From: Alphaproteobacteria bacterium
GTDB taxonomy: Bacteria > Pseudomonadota > Alphaproteobacteria > UBA828
Assembly (NCBI GenBank): GCA_965237415.1
Contig: CBDEFM010000002.1
Coordinates: 1,536,001-1,600,000, forward strand
Direction of reading: 5' to 3'
DNA: 64,000 nucleotides
The notes beneath the pieces were generated by a model that had not been told where the DNA came from, did no database searches, and saw only the letters and a list, made by a program, of their open reading frames with translations. Numbering within the stretch: the first letter of the stretch is position 1; the number at the start of each line of letters is the position of its first letter. Shown one piece after another: positions 12,337-22,899 of the stretch. The position numbers were made by a program, and so were the translations under genes.

Positions 12337-13596
12337 ATGAGAAAGGTACTCTTGCTCGCGGCGTTCGCGATGGTCGCCGCGACTTCGTTCTGGCAAGCCG
12401 CGCCGGTGCAGGCGGCTGACGATTGCGTGGTCACGGTGGGCCGGGTCGTACCGCTCACGGGGCCCTTACTGGACATGGGCCGTGAAACGCCCTGGCTGGA
12501 CCACAACAAGGTCGATCCGATCAACGAGGCCGGAGGTCTGCAGGTCGGGGATCAGCAATGCAAGATCGAATTCAAGATCTTCGATTCGAAAGGCACGATG
12601 GCCGGTTCCGGCGAAGCTGCAACGCGGGCGATCTTGGGCGAGAAAGTCGACGTGGTCTTCGCGCAAGGCACGCCTGACACGACCAACGCTCCCTCGGACC
12701 TCTGCGAGCGCTACGAGGTGCCCTGCATCACCTCGAACACACCGGTCGAGGCATGGCTATTCGGTCCCGACGGCAAGCCGAAGACCTACACTCACACGTA
12801 CCATTTCTTCTTCGGCGTGCCGGACCTCGTCGCCAATCACGTTGGCATGATCAAATCGCTGCCGGGCGGCTTCAACGGGAAGATCGGCTACCTCTACCCG
12901 AACGATCCCGACGGCGTCGTCTTCGCAAGCCTGTTCGACCCGACCTTCAAGGGCGAGGGCTGGGAGCCCATCGATCCGGGCCGCTTCGAGCAAGGTATCC
13001 CCGATTTCTCCGCGATCATCAACAAGTTCAAGCGCGGTAGGGTCGAGGTCGTGACCGGCGTGCTGGCCCCGCCGGACCTGCAGAACTACCTGCAGCAAGC
13101 GGCGCAGGCAGGCTTCAAGCCGCGGATGTACATCATCGACAAGGCGACCGGCTATCCGGAGGCGATGCGGGCGCTCGGCAAATTCGGGATCGACATCCTG
13201 AGCGTGAATTTCTGGTCGCCGGCCTATCCGGGGTCGTCGAAATACGGCGGCTACACGGGTCAGGGTCTGGTCGATGCTTACGAGAGCGCCAACCCGGACA
13301 AGTACTATTCGCCGCCGCTGGCTTATACGGACGCCTCCTATGACGTCCTGTTCGACGCCCTGCAACGGGCCGGCACGACCGATCGTGTGGCGCTCCTCAA
13401 GGCGTTGGCCGAGACCGACTTGGACACCGTCGTCGGTCGCGTCAAATTCACCGAGCAACACTATTCGGTTCAGCCGCTCGGCGGGGCGCAGTGGCGCGTC
13501 GACGGCGAGACCAACCGCTGGGTCAAGGACAACGTCTACAACGCCGTCTATCCGGATGTGAAGAAAACCGCGGAGATGCGTCTCTACCAACAATAA
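12337..13596 (+). CDS. Branched-chain-type (LivJ-like) ABC substrate-binding protein
   Basis: signal peptide, VVPLTGPL, INEAGGL, YPNDPDG. Confidence 0.88.
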   Translation: MRKVLLLAAFAMVAATSFWQAAPVQAADDCVVTVGRVVPLTGPLLDMGRETPWLDHNKVDPINEAGGLQVGDQQCKIEFKIFDSKGTMAGSGEAATRAILGEKVDVVFAQGTPDTTNAPSDLCERYEVPCITSNTPVEAWLFGPDGKPKTYTHTYHFFFGVPDLVANHVGMIKSLPGGFNGKIGYLYPNDPDGVVFASLFDPTFKGEGWEPIDPGRFEQGIPDFSAIINKFKRGRVEVVTGVLAPPDLQNYLQQAAQAGFKPRMYIIDKATGYPEAMRALGKFGIDILSVNFWSPAYPGSSKYGGYTGQGLVDAYESANPDKYYSPPLAYTDASYDVLFDALQRAGTTDRVALLKALAETDLDTVVGRVKFTEQHYSVQPLGGAQWRVDGETNRWVKDNVYNAVYPDVKKTAEMRLYQQ

Positions 13597-13601
13597 CGCA
13601 G

Positions 13602-13637
13602 TGGGACGGTGGCGGTCAGCGCGCCGCCGCCGTCCCA
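13602..13637 (+). promoter_or_regulatory. Intercistronic stem-loop after the SBP gene
   Basis: TGGGACGGTGGCGG pairs with CCGCCGCCGTCCCA; typical position for differential mRNA stabilisation. Confidence 0.55.
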
Positions 13638-13679
13638 TCGCCGACGTTCTCCTCGCGGGTCTCAGACCGGTCCAGCACG

Positions 13680-14396
13680 ATGACCGAAATTCTGGTTGTA
13701 TCTGAGCTCTGCAAGTCATTCGGCGCGCTCCGGGTGGCCGACCGGATTTCCTTTGTCGTTCGGCAGGGAGAAATCCTCGGCATCATCGGGCCCAACGGGG
13801 CCGGCAAGACGACGCTGTTCGGCCTCCTCGCCGGCAATATCAGCGCCGATTCGGGGAACATCGAATTCGACGGTGCCGACGTAACCCGGTCGCCGGCGCA
13901 CGATCGCGCTCGTGGGGGCCTCGCCCGGACCTATCAGATTCCGCGCCCGTTCACGCACATGACGGTGTTCGACAATTTGCTGGTGGCCGCCCGTTTCGGT
14001 GGCAACATGGATGAAGCCGAAGCGGCGACCTGGGTCGAGCGCGTGATCGCGGCGCTGGGTCTGCGGGCCGAGCGCAATACCCTCGCGGGCCGATTGCCGT
14101 TGCTGATGCGCAAACGCCACGAGCTCGCGCGGGCTCTTGCCATGCGGCCGAAGCTCATTCTGGTAGACGAAGTGGCAGCTGGCCTGACCGATGCCGAAGT
14201 GGTGCAGTTCATCACGCTCATTCGCGGCATCCGTAATTCGGGCATCACGGTGGTGTGGATCGAGCACGTGATGAAGACCATGCTCACCGCGACCGATCGC
14301 CTCATCGTCTTGGATGCGGGGCGGCTCCTGGTCTCCGGTCCGCCACAGGAGGTGATCAACACATCGGAAGTTCGCCGTGTCTATCTTGGCGCCTGA
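13680..14396 (+). CDS. ABC ATP-binding protein (LivG-like)
   Basis: GPNGAGKTT, ARTYQIPRPF, LVDEVAAGL, WIEH. Confidence 0.92.
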   Translation: MTEILVVSELCKSFGALRVADRISFVVRQGEILGIIGPNGAGKTTLFGLLAGNISADSGNIEFDGADVTRSPAHDRARGGLARTYQIPRPFTHMTVFDNLLVAARFGGNMDEAEAATWVERVIAALGLRAERNTLAGRLPLLMRKRHELARALAMRPKLILVDEVAAGLTDAEVVQFITLIRGIRNSGITVVWIEHVMKTMLTATDRLIVLDAGRLLVSGPPQEVINTSEVRRVYLGA

Positions 14397-15144
14397 GGAT
14401 GACGGGCCGCTTCTGAGGGTCGCGGGACTTTCCGCCTACTATGGCGAGCTTCGTGCGCTTACCAACATCGGCTTCGAGATCGAGCGCGGGGAGATTCTCT
14501 CGATCATCGGTGCCAACGGCGCTGGCAAGACAACCCTCTTGAAGTCTTTGGTGGGCTTGATGGGTCGCGGGCGCCTCGCCCGTATCGAAGGGCGGATCGA
14601 GTTCGAAGGCCGCGCCATCGAGCACCTGGCGACCGAGGACATCGTCAATGCCGGCATGGCGCTGGTACCCGAGGGCCGCCGCCTGTTCTCCCGGCTTTCG
14701 GTGCAGGAAAACCTCATGGCAGGCGCCTATCTGCCCCGCTGCCGAAGCACGCTGAAAGAGCGCCTCGACGAAATCTACGCGTTGTTTCCCGCGCTCGCCG
14801 AGCGGCGACGGCAGATCGTCTCGCAAATGTCCGGCGGTGAGCAGCAGATGGTGGCTATCGGGCGGGCGCTGATGTCGTCGCCGACGCTGATCCTGTTCGA
14901 CGAGTTATCGCTCGGCCTCGCCCCGTTCGTGGTCGACGACATCTACCGCAAGGTCAATCAAATTCACGAGCTGGGCGTGACCGCAATCGTAATCGAGCAG
15001 GACATGAGGCGCGCCCTGCGCGTCGCATCGCACGTGTTCGTCATGCTCGGGGGCCACGTCGTGCTGGAAGGCAAGCCCGAGTATCTCACCGAGGAGCAAG
15101 TCAGCGCCGCCTATTTCGGCGCCGGGATCGAAGGCCTCGGCTGA
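14377..15144 (+). CDS. ABC ATP-binding protein (LivF-like)
   Basis: GANGAGKTT, VPEGRRLF, MSGGEQQM, DELSLGLAP. Confidence 0.92.
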   Translation: MSILAPEDDGPLLRVAGLSAYYGELRALTNIGFEIERGEILSIIGANGAGKTTLLKSLVGLMGRGRLARIEGRIEFEGRAIEHLATEDIVNAGMALVPEGRRLFSRLSVQENLMAGAYLPRCRSTLKERLDEIYALFPALAERRRQIVSQMSGGEQQMVAIGRALMSSPTLILFDELSLGLAPFVVDDIYRKVNQIHELGVTAIVIEQDMRRALRVASHVFVMLGGHVVLEGKPEYLTEEQVSAAYFGAGIEGLG

Positions 15145-16061
15145 TGAGCGAGGATCTATACTGGACGCTCATCGACATCGCCAACGGCCTCCTCTCGGGC
15201 GCGATGCTCGGCGGCTACTACGCCATCATCAGCCTTGGTCTCGCACTGGTGTTCGGTGTCATGCGCCTGGTCAACCTGGCGCACGGCGATTGGCTTATCG
15301 TCGCCGCCTATATCGCGTCTGTGATCGTCCAGTTTCTCGGTTTCCCGCCCTTCGTGTCGTTGATCGTTGTCGTCCCCGCCATGTTCGCGATCGGCTACGC
15401 GCTGCAGCGCCAGGTGTTGAATCGGGTCTCGGTCCAGGCGATGGAAGAGAAGGGCATGTCGTCCAGTTTCGGGCTCATGTCCCCGATCCTGGTGACCTTC
15501 GGCCTGTCGATCGTGATCGCCCACGCGTTGCTCGGGATCTTCGCCTCGGACGCCACGGCCATCGAGAACGCGCTGAGCTATTCGGCGATCCGCCTGACGC
15601 AGGATCTCAGTATCTCGACCCTCCGCCTGATCTTCTTCGGAATTGCCAGCGTTATCCTGGTGAGCGTTCACCTGTTCCTGCATCGCACCCACGCGGGGCG
15701 GGCGATCCGCGCGGCATCGGACGATCCAGAGGTCGCCTCGCTCATGGGGATACGCACGGAGCGCATCTACGCGCTGGCGAGTGCGATCTCTCTCGCGGTC
15801 GCGGGCGTTGCCGGCGTCGCGGTCGGCATGTCGCGCACCTTTCAACCATTCGACGGGCCGCAGTTCCTGCTGATCGCGTTCGGCGTGGTGATCGTCGGCG
15901 GCCTCGGATCGATCGCCGGCAGCCTGGTCGGCGGCGTCCTGCTCGGCGTCACGCAGGTCCTGGCCGGGACCTATTTCGGCCCCTCCGCGCAACTCGTCGC
16001 CGGCTACATGCTGATCCTCTTCGTGCTCGCGGTACGCCCCCAAGGGCTCTTCTCGCGATGA
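15144..16061 (+). CDS. ABC permease (LivH-like)
   Basis: GLALVFGVMRLVNLAHG, GRAIRAAS, GGLGSIAG, RPQGLF; TGATG coupling. Confidence 0.92.
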   Translation: MSEDLYWTLIDIANGLLSGAMLGGYYAIISLGLALVFGVMRLVNLAHGDWLIVAAYIASVIVQFLGFPPFVSLIVVVPAMFAIGYALQRQVLNRVSVQAMEEKGMSSSFGLMSPILVTFGLSIVIAHALLGIFASDATAIENALSYSAIRLTQDLSISTLRLIFFGIASVILVSVHLFLHRTHAGRAIRAASDDPEVASLMGIRTERIYALASAISLAVAGVAGVAVGMSRTFQPFDGPQFLLIAFGVVIVGGLGSIAGSLVGGVLLGVTQVLAGTYFGPSAQLVAGYMLILFVLAVRPQGLFSR

Positions 16062-19000
16062 TCGCGCGTGGGCTCAACCTCTTGCTGACCGGCTGGTCGG
16101 GCCGGGGCTTGCTCGCCGTGCTGCTCGCCTTCGCCATCGCTATCCCGTGGCTGGTCGGCGATCGGAGCTACGTGACCTATTTGGTGTTCACGTTCTTCGT
16201 GTTTGCCGTGTTCGGCCACGCCTGGAACTTGCTGGCCGGCTACTGCGGTCTGCTCTCTTTCGGCAACCAGGTCTACGTCGGCATTGGCGGCTTCGCTCTG
16301 GCGATCATGTTCTACTACGGCGGCATCAACGTCTGGTTGGCGCTGCCAATCTCCGGAATTGTCACCGCGGCTTTCGCATTTCTGCTCGCGACACCGGTGC
16401 GGGAGAGCCTGGTCGGCATCGGGGTCTGGAAGCCCGTGGCAGTCGCCGGCGTGCTGTGGGCCGGCTACGAGGTCGCGCTTGGCTACTTTCCCGAGGCCGA
16501 CATCTTCGGCGAGGTCTATATCCGCCGCGTCATAATCCTCTTGCTGATCTTCCTCGGCGCCCTCCCCCTACTACGCCTGCAAGGCGCCTATTTCGCGGTC
16601 GCAAGCTGGTTGATCGCGGCCGCGGTGGGCTCGATCTTCAACGAGTGGAAAGTGGTCGGCGCCGGTGGTGGCATGCAGATCAAGACCGATGCCACACAGA
16701 TCGAGATGTATTACGCCGGCCTCGGGTTGCTTGTGTTCGCGACCGTGGTGATCGCGTGGCTTCTCAAGAGCCGGTACGGGCTCGCACTGACCGCGGTGCG
16801 CGACGATGAGGAAGCGGCGCGGACGGTCGGCATCGATATCCGCAAGGTGAAGCTGATCGTCTTCGTGGTCGCGGGCGGGCTCAGCGGCCTCGCGGCGGGT
16901 CTGTTCTATATCGACGCGGTGATCATCACGCCGCCGTCCGCGTTCACGATCTTCTGGTCGGCCTATTTCGTCTTCATCGTCGTCGCGGGCGGCATGGGCA
17001 CGCTGGCCGGCCCGATTATCGGTGCCGCAATCTTCGTCGTCGTCGACCGCGTGCTTTCCGGCTTCATCGAGTATCCGCTATTGGTCCTCGGAATCGCGGC
17101 CGTGGTCATCATCTTCGTGATGCCGCGTGGCGTCATGGGCATCATCAATGCGCTGCGGCATCTGGACGATTCGGCCACCGGCCGCAACGAATTGCTCGAA
17201 GCGCTCGGCATCGGCGACCGACTTCAACGCGCCCTGTTGTTCGCCAGACGGCGCGACACAACGCCGGGGGTGGTGGCGGCCTTCCTGGTTCCGGGCAGCC
17301 CCCTGCCGCTCCTCGCCCGCGACAATCCACCGTGGACCGAGATCGCGGACGGTTTCGAGGACGCGGCCGCTGCGCTGCGTGAGACGGAGCCCGACGTCAT
17401 CCTCATCTACTCGACTCAATGGCTCGCCGTTCTCGACCAGCCGTGGCAAACCCGGCCGCGCGTCCGCGGCCTCCATGTCGATGAAAACTGGTACGAGTAT
17501 GGCGAGATCGCCTACGACATCGAGATCGACACCGAGCTCGCAGAGGCGTGCATCAGCGCCTGCCGCACTCTCGGGATCAAGGCCCGCGGCGTCAACTATG
17601 ACGGCTTCCCGATCGATACGGGCAGCATCGTCGCCAACCGCTTCCTCAACGCGGACGGTGCCTGCGCGGTCGTCATGGCGGCGAACAACCTCTATCACGA
17701 TTGGGAGCAGACCCTGAAGCTCGGGGAGATGGCGGCGAACCAAGCGGTGCGCCTGGGCCGCCGGGTCGCCGTGATCGGCGTCGGCGGCCTGTCGGGCTCC
17801 ACGTTTCGACGCGAGATCGATCCTGCCGATGATCACATCGCAAGCGCGAGCGAAGATGCGTGGAACCGGCGGATGCTCGACACGATGGTCAGGGGCGATG
17901 CTTCGGCCATAAAGGCGCTGATCGCGGACTATGCGCGCGAAGCCCGCGCGGATATGGGTTTCAAGCATTTCGCCTGGGTGCTCGGCGCCATAGGAGGCCG
18001 CTTCCATAGCGCGACGGTTCACGCTTACGGCCCGACCTATGGAAGCGGCGCGGCGGTGGTGGAGTTTCACACCAGCGACGAGGCGGCGGTTCTCGCGGCG
18101 ACGCGGCGAAGGCGCCGGCAGCGGCGGGCTCTGCGGGAGCAGGCCGCGCAAAGCAGGTCACGGGACGACGACGGCGACGGCAGGCGAGCTCTCCTCCGTT
18201 GGCTCCCGGCGGGTTCGCGTCACTTGGCACCGACCGATCGCCCGTCGGCGACGCCGCCTGCCGCGCCTCCGTCGCTTCCTACCCGCCGGCAATCTGCCAC
18301 GCGGACCGGTCCCGCTCTCTATCGCTCGTTCCGCACTCAGGCCGAGATCGACACGCAATATGATGTCGAGAGCAGCGTGCCCGATTTCGGCCGACACGTG
18401 GATTTCTTCCTCTCCAGCAGCGCGCGCGTTCGCAAGAAGCTCGGGCCTCGGCTCGATGTGCCCTTCGGCCCGACCACCGCCGAGACCCTCGACATCTATC
18501 CGGCGGCCCGGTCCGATGCGCCGATTCACATGTTCATTCACGGCGGCTACTGGCACTCGTTGAGCAGTAAGGAGTTCAGCTTCGTCGCCGAGAGTCTGGT
18601 CGCGGCGGGCGTGACGGTGGTGATCAACAACTACGCGCTCTGCCCGGAGGTCACGATCACGGAGATCGTGCGGCAGAACCGTGCCGCGGTCGCATGGCTC
18701 TACCGCAATGCCGCAACCTTCGGCGGCAACCGGAGCCGCTTCTATGTATCGGGGCATTCGGCCGGCGGCCATCTGACGGCCATGTTGCTCGCGACCAATT
18801 GGGAGCGTGATTTCGGACTACCGCCCGACCTCGTCAAGGGCGGCACCGCGATCAGCGGCCTGTTCGACCTCGATCCCTTCGTTCATTCCTGGCTGCAGCC
18901 GAAGCTCCGCTTGACCGCCGAGGAGATCGATCGAATGAGCCCGATCCGACACGTCCCGGACCGCGCGTCTCCGCTGACCGTCACGCTCGGTGGCGATGAA

Positions 19001-19174
19001 TCCGCGGAGTTTCACCGCCAGTCCGAGACCTTCCTCGCCGCCTGGACCGAGAAGGGCCTCGACGGCCACTATCTCGACCTGCCCGGCCGCAACCATTTCA
19101 CGGTACTCGAGGACTACATGGACTCTGGTAGCCCGCTCTGCCGCTCGATCCTGCGGCAAATGGGGATTACTTGA
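16058..19174 (+). CDS. Triple fusion: LivM-like permease, aminophenol dioxygenase alpha-like domain, arylformamidase-like alpha/beta hydrolase (about 1038 aa)
   Basis: single frame: WNLLAGYCGLLSFG...AVRDDEEAA...MPRG (to about 17160); VVAAFLVPGSPLP...YGSGAAVVEF (about 17270-18070); LDIYP, HGGYW, GHSAGG, NHF (about 18320-19174). Confidence 0.8.
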   Translation: MIARGLNLLLTGWSGRGLLAVLLAFAIAIPWLVGDRSYVTYLVFTFFVFAVFGHAWNLLAGYCGLLSFGNQVYVGIGGFALAIMFYYGGINVWLALPISGIVTAAFAFLLATPVRESLVGIGVWKPVAVAGVLWAGYEVALGYFPEADIFGEVYIRRVIILLLIFLGALPLLRLQGAYFAVASWLIAAAVGSIFNEWKVVGAGGGMQIKTDATQIEMYYAGLGLLVFATVVIAWLLKSRYGLALTAVRDDEEAARTVGIDIRKVKLIVFVVAGGLSGLAAGLFYIDAVIITPPSAFTIFWSAYFVFIVVAGGMGTLAGPIIGAAIFVVVDRVLSGFIEYPLLVLGIAAVVIIFVMPRGVMGIINALRHLDDSATGRNELLEALGIGDRLQRALLFARRRDTTPGVVAAFLVPGSPLPLLARDNPPWTEIADGFEDAAAALRETEPDVILIYSTQWLAVLDQPWQTRPRVRGLHVDENWYEYGEIAYDIEIDTELAEACISACRTLGIKARGVNYDGFPIDTGSIVANRFLNADGACAVVMAANNLYHDWEQTLKLGEMAANQAVRLGRRVAVIGVGGLSGSTFRREIDPADDHIASASEDAWNRRMLDTMVRGDASAIKALIADYAREARADMGFKHFAWVLGAIGGRFHSATVHAYGPTYGSGAAVVEFHTSDEAAVLAATRRRRRQRRALREQAAQSRSRDDDGDGRRALLRWLPAGSRHLAPTDRPSATPPAAPPSLPTRRQSATRTGPALYRSFRTQAEIDTQYDVESSVPDFGRHVDFFLSSSARVRKKLGPRLDVPFGPTTAETLDIYPAARSDAPIHMFIHGGYWHSLSSKEFSFVAESLVAAGVTVVINNYALCPEVTITEIVRQNRAAVAWLYRNAATFGGNRSRFYVSGHSAGGHLTAMLLATNWERDFGLPPDLVKGGTAISGLFDLDPFVHSWLQPKLRLTAEEIDRMSPIRHVPDRASPLTVTLGGDESAEFHRQSETFLAAWTEKGLDGHYLDLPGRNHFTVLEDYMDSGSPLCRSILRQMGIT

Positions 19175-19574
19175 GAGCAGGCGTATTGTCGGAACGGAGT
19201 GGGACGCCCCTCTGCCTGTGCCGCCAGGCTGCGCAAGAACATGGCCGAAGTCTATGGCAGGCTGAGGAAATGCGCGACGGAGCTTGAAGAGTACTACCCT
19301 GCGGCGGACGTGCTGTCGTTTCTGCTCCTCGACCTCGAAATGTACCCCGACGAGCTCGGCTGCGCGGAAGGACGCCCTCGCCTGTTGCCGCCATGTCGCA
19401 CTACGCCTTCTCTTCGAAGGAATCTTGGATGCAATGGGGCAAACGAGGTTTGCGGAAGAAAAGGATTCGCTCAGGGGCCGGGTGGAAACGATTATGCGCG
19501 GGGGCGTCCCGCCGCTACGCAGCTTGCTGACCGCGCTGCGCCCAGTTTTCAGCTTCTTGTAGGCGTGCTTGTTC

Positions 19575-19786
19575 TTTCCTTTACCACCTACTACTTCGCC
19601 ATCCTTCGCGCCGTCATCGCCACCGTCCGAAAGCAAGGCTGGAATGTCCTCCAAACCCTGGCTGATCTCGATCCGATGCAAATGATCAGACAACTGCGCC
19701 TCTGAGAACCCAGCCCCGGTGACAGACCGGATCGCCACGATCCCGTCGCATCTGAACACTCGATCCAATCAGACCTGGGCAGTTGC
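19575..19786 (+). mobile_element. IS66-like right-end remnant
   Basis: FAILRAVIATVRKQGWNVLQTL* resembles a TnpC C-terminus; followed by ACCTGGGCAGTTGC, a degenerate GTAA-type end. Confidence 0.5.
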
Positions 19787-20118
19787 CCGATGGGACTGGA
19801 TATCGGGAACAATGGCGGACACGCCCTGACGGCTTTCCTGGACTTCGTCACCCTGACCTCCCGTCCCTACGCGCCGGCGCGTGCGCGCACCGCCCCCGCG
19901 TAATCCATCCCTCTATCGCCGCTCACGACGCGGAGGCGGGGTCGCCGGTCGCCGACGGCCTTCAACTTACGCCGCTCCGCTTCCGACAAGGTGATCGCTA
20001 CCGCTGCTCTGCCCACCAGTCATCCCTCCAACACAACCGATGAATTTATTCTAATAGACTTCTCGATCGCGACACTAGTTTGAGAACCTAACATGGTAGA
20101 AAGTTGTCATTCGCTCGG

Positions 20119-21510
20119 GAGCTATAGCCGAATCTTGGTGACGGTTTGGGTCAGGCGGCGGCTTGAGGTTGTTGCCTGACGGCTTCGATTCCGTCGATGA
20201 ACTTTACGCCGACGATCAGCTTGGGCAACTGGTTGTGTCCGTCGAGGCGGCGCCAACTGTCCTGTGCCGCCTGGGCGAGTTTTAAGACCATGGCGAGCGC
20301 CGTCTTGTTGGAGAGGCATCCCTTGGATCGCACGGTACGGTGTCGCACGGTGGCGACTGTGCTTTCGATGGGGTTGGTGGTGCGCAGATGCTTCCAATGC
20401 TCGGCGGGAAAGTCGTAGAACGCCAGCATCGTCGCGCGATCCTTGACCAGGCAGGCGGCCGCCTTGTCGTATTTGACGGCGTCGGTCTCGATGAAGGCGT
20501 CGAAGGCGCTGTCTGCGTCGTTCCTGGTCTCGGCCATCCAGATTTCCTGGAGAGCACGCTTTGCCTTCGAGTGCTGGCTCTTGGGCAGCTTGTTGAGCAC
20601 GTTGGCGGTCTTGTGCATCCAACAGCGCTGGCTGCGGGTCCGGGGCCACACCTCCTCGATCGCCTTCCAGAAGCCGAGCGCGCCGTCGGCGATGGCGAGT
20701 TCGGGCGCGACCGCAAGCCCGCGCCGTTTGAGGTCAAGTAGCAGCTCGCGCCACGATTGGGCGCTCTCGCGCACCCCGTCGATGAGGCCTACGAGTTCCT
20801 TCTTACCCTCCGGCGTCGCGCCGATGATGACCAGCAGGCATTGCGCATCGTCCTCGAGCCGGGCCTGCACATGGATGCCGTCGGCCCAGAAGTAAACATA
20901 GTGCCTGGCCGACAGATCCCGCTTCAGCCAGTGCGCGTGCTGGTCCGCCCAAACCTCGGTGAGCCGCGCCACGGTCGAGGCCGACAGGCCGCCGGCGTCC
21001 GGCCCGAGCAAGGCCGCCAGCGCCACGGCGAAGTCGCCCGTGGAGATGCCCTTGAGGTAGAGCACGGGGATCGGGACTTCGAGGCTCGTCGAGCGCCGCG
21101 CATAAGGCGGCAGGAGCGCGGAGCTGAACCGGATGCGCTCGGCGCCCTGGCCCGTGCGGTCGCGAACGCGTGGCGCGCGAACCGCAACCGGGCCGATGCC
21201 GGTCATGATCTCGCGTTCGGGCAGGTGGCCGTGGCGCACCAGCCGTCGGCGGCCTTCTTCGGTGCGCGCCTCGGAGTGGCCATCAAGGAACCCGGCAACC
21301 TCCGCCTCGACCGCCCGCGCCAGCAGGGACCGGGCGCCGCTGCGCAGCACCTCGGTCAACGGATCGGAAAACGTCGATGGCTGGGAAAGCTTCAAAACGG
21401 TATTGTCACTCACGGCGTATCACTCCTTCGTTGGAGAAGTGGAGGCTCGATTACCCCCACGATACGCCGCCTTAACCCTTCACCCCGTCACCAACTTCTG
21501 GCCATAGCTC
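20119..21510 (-). mobile_element. IS256-family insertion sequence (copy A)
   Basis: 26-bp IRs GAGCTATAGCCGAATCTTGGTGACGG / GAGCTATGGCCAGAAGTTGGTGACGG; no target duplication visible. Confidence 0.88.
20151..21413 (-). CDS. IS256-family (mutator) transposase
   Basis: YFWADGI, RESAQSW, ADGALGFW, QRCWMHK, RTTNPIES. Confidence 0.93.
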   Translation of the reverse strand: MSDNTVLKLSQPSTFSDPLTEVLRSGARSLLARAVEAEVAGFLDGHSEARTEEGRRRLVRHGHLPEREIMTGIGPVAVRAPRVRDRTGQGAERIRFSSALLPPYARRSTSLEVPIPVLYLKGISTGDFAVALAALLGPDAGGLSASTVARLTEVWADQHAHWLKRDLSARHYVYFWADGIHVQARLEDDAQCLLVIIGATPEGKKELVGLIDGVRESAQSWRELLLDLKRRGLAVAPELAIADGALGFWKAIEEVWPRTRSQRCWMHKTANVLNKLPKSQHSKAKRALQEIWMAETRNDADSAFDAFIETDAVKYDKAAACLVKDRATMLAFYDFPAEHWKHLRTTNPIESTVATVRHRTVRSKGCLSNKTALAMVLKLAQAAQDSWRRLDGHNQLPKLIVGVKFIDGIEAVRQQPQAAA

Positions 21511-21533
21511 CGGCGCGATGCAGGGCAGGCGCA

Positions 21534-22823
21534 ATGACCGACATTAGCCTCTTCACGGCCATCGGTGCGGTGATCACCCTGGCCGCGGTGTTCGGCTATC
21601 TCAACCATCGCTTCCTCCGCCTGCCGCCGACGATTGGGGTCGTCGTTATCGCGCTCGTGGCGTCGCTCGGCACGAACGGGATCGATGCCGTCGTGCCCTC
21701 GCTCGGTATCGGCGGGGCAGTCCGCACCGCGATCCTCGGCATCGATTTCCACGAAGTGCTGATGAAGGGCATGCTGAGTTTCCTGCTCTTCGCCGGCGCG
21801 CTTCACGTCAACCTCGGGGATCTCCTAAGCCGCAAATGGGCAATCGGCTCGATGGCCACAGTCGGCGTCGTGCTCTCCACGTTGCTGGTGGGCTTGGCTG
21901 TCTACGGCATCACCCAAGCATTGGGCCTGCCCCTGGCGCTTATCTATTGCCTGGTATTCGGTGCCCTCATCGCGCCGACCGATTCGGTCGCCGTGTTGGG
22001 AATTCTCAAGACAGTCAAAGTGCCGTCATCGCTTCAGGCCAAAATCGCCGGCGAGAGCCTGTTCAACGACGGTGTCGGTATCGTGGTGTTCATCATCATG
22101 ACGGCTATCGCCGTCGGCAGCGCGCACGGCGGGAGCATCACGGCGCTCGACGTCGTGATCCTCTTCGTGCGGGAGACGCTTGGCGGCGCGGCTCTCGGGC
22201 TCGCCACCGGATTCCTCGCCTACTACGCAATGAAGTCGATCGACGATCACAACGTCGAGGTCATGATCACCCTCGCGCTGGTGATGGCGACCTATGGCAT
22301 CGCGAGTGCGCTCCATCTTTCCGGCCCGATCGCCGTCGTCCTGGCAGGGATCCTGATCGGCAACCGCGGCTCCCGGTTCGCGATGAGCGAGACCACGCGC
22401 GAACACGTGCACACGTTCTGGTCCGTACTCGACGAGATGATGAATGCGGCGCTCTTCCTCCTCATCGGCTTCGAGGTGGTGGCGCTCAGTCTTACCGGCG
22501 AGGTCGGTATCCTGATGGCGCTGGCGATCCCGATCGTGCTCGCGGCGCGCTTCGTCAGCGTCGGCACTCCGCTCACTCTGCTCGGCCTCCGGCGGGAATA
22601 CACCAAGGGCGCGATTCCGGTCCTCACCTGGGGCGGCCTTCGCGGCGGCATCTCGGTCGCGCTCGCCCTCTCACTCCCTGCCGGACCGGAGCGCGACATT
22701 ATCCTTGCCGTCACTTACGCGGCAGTGATCTTCTCCATTGTGGTCCAGGGCCTTACCGTGCGCGCGCTCGTCGAACGCGTGATCTCGCCGGACGTGACCA
22801 AGGCGGACGACAAACGACACTGA
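21534..22823 (+). CDS. Na+/H+ antiporter, CPA1/NhaP family
   Basis: LLFAGAL, ALIAPTD, IAGESLFNDG, WGGLRGGIS, VVQGLT. Confidence 0.92.
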   Translation: MTDISLFTAIGAVITLAAVFGYLNHRFLRLPPTIGVVVIALVASLGTNGIDAVVPSLGIGGAVRTAILGIDFHEVLMKGMLSFLLFAGALHVNLGDLLSRKWAIGSMATVGVVLSTLLVGLAVYGITQALGLPLALIYCLVFGALIAPTDSVAVLGILKTVKVPSSLQAKIAGESLFNDGVGIVVFIIMTAIAVGSAHGGSITALDVVILFVRETLGGAALGLATGFLAYYAMKSIDDHNVEVMITLALVMATYGIASALHLSGPIAVVLAGILIGNRGSRFAMSETTREHVHTFWSVLDEMMNAALFLLIGFEVVALSLTGEVGILMALAIPIVLAARFVSVGTPLTLLGLRREYTKGAIPVLTWGGLRGGISVALALSLPAGPERDIILAVTYAAVIFSIVVQGLTVRALVERVISPDVTKADDKRH

Positions 22824-22899
22824 GAGCGGTTTCTCGGCACGCTACAATACAGCACTCCCTCGCCCTTAATTGCGATGGGTGGCGCATCTGTGGACGCCT

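Noticed and set aside
15290-16057. N-terminal 256 aa of the 1294-aa ORF
   Set aside because: Overlaps livH in another frame; the coupled ATG at 16058 is the plausible start
19199-19570. 168-aa ORF after the fusion gene
   Set aside because: Looks like a patchwork of an unidentifiable fragment and an IS66 tail; no supportable product
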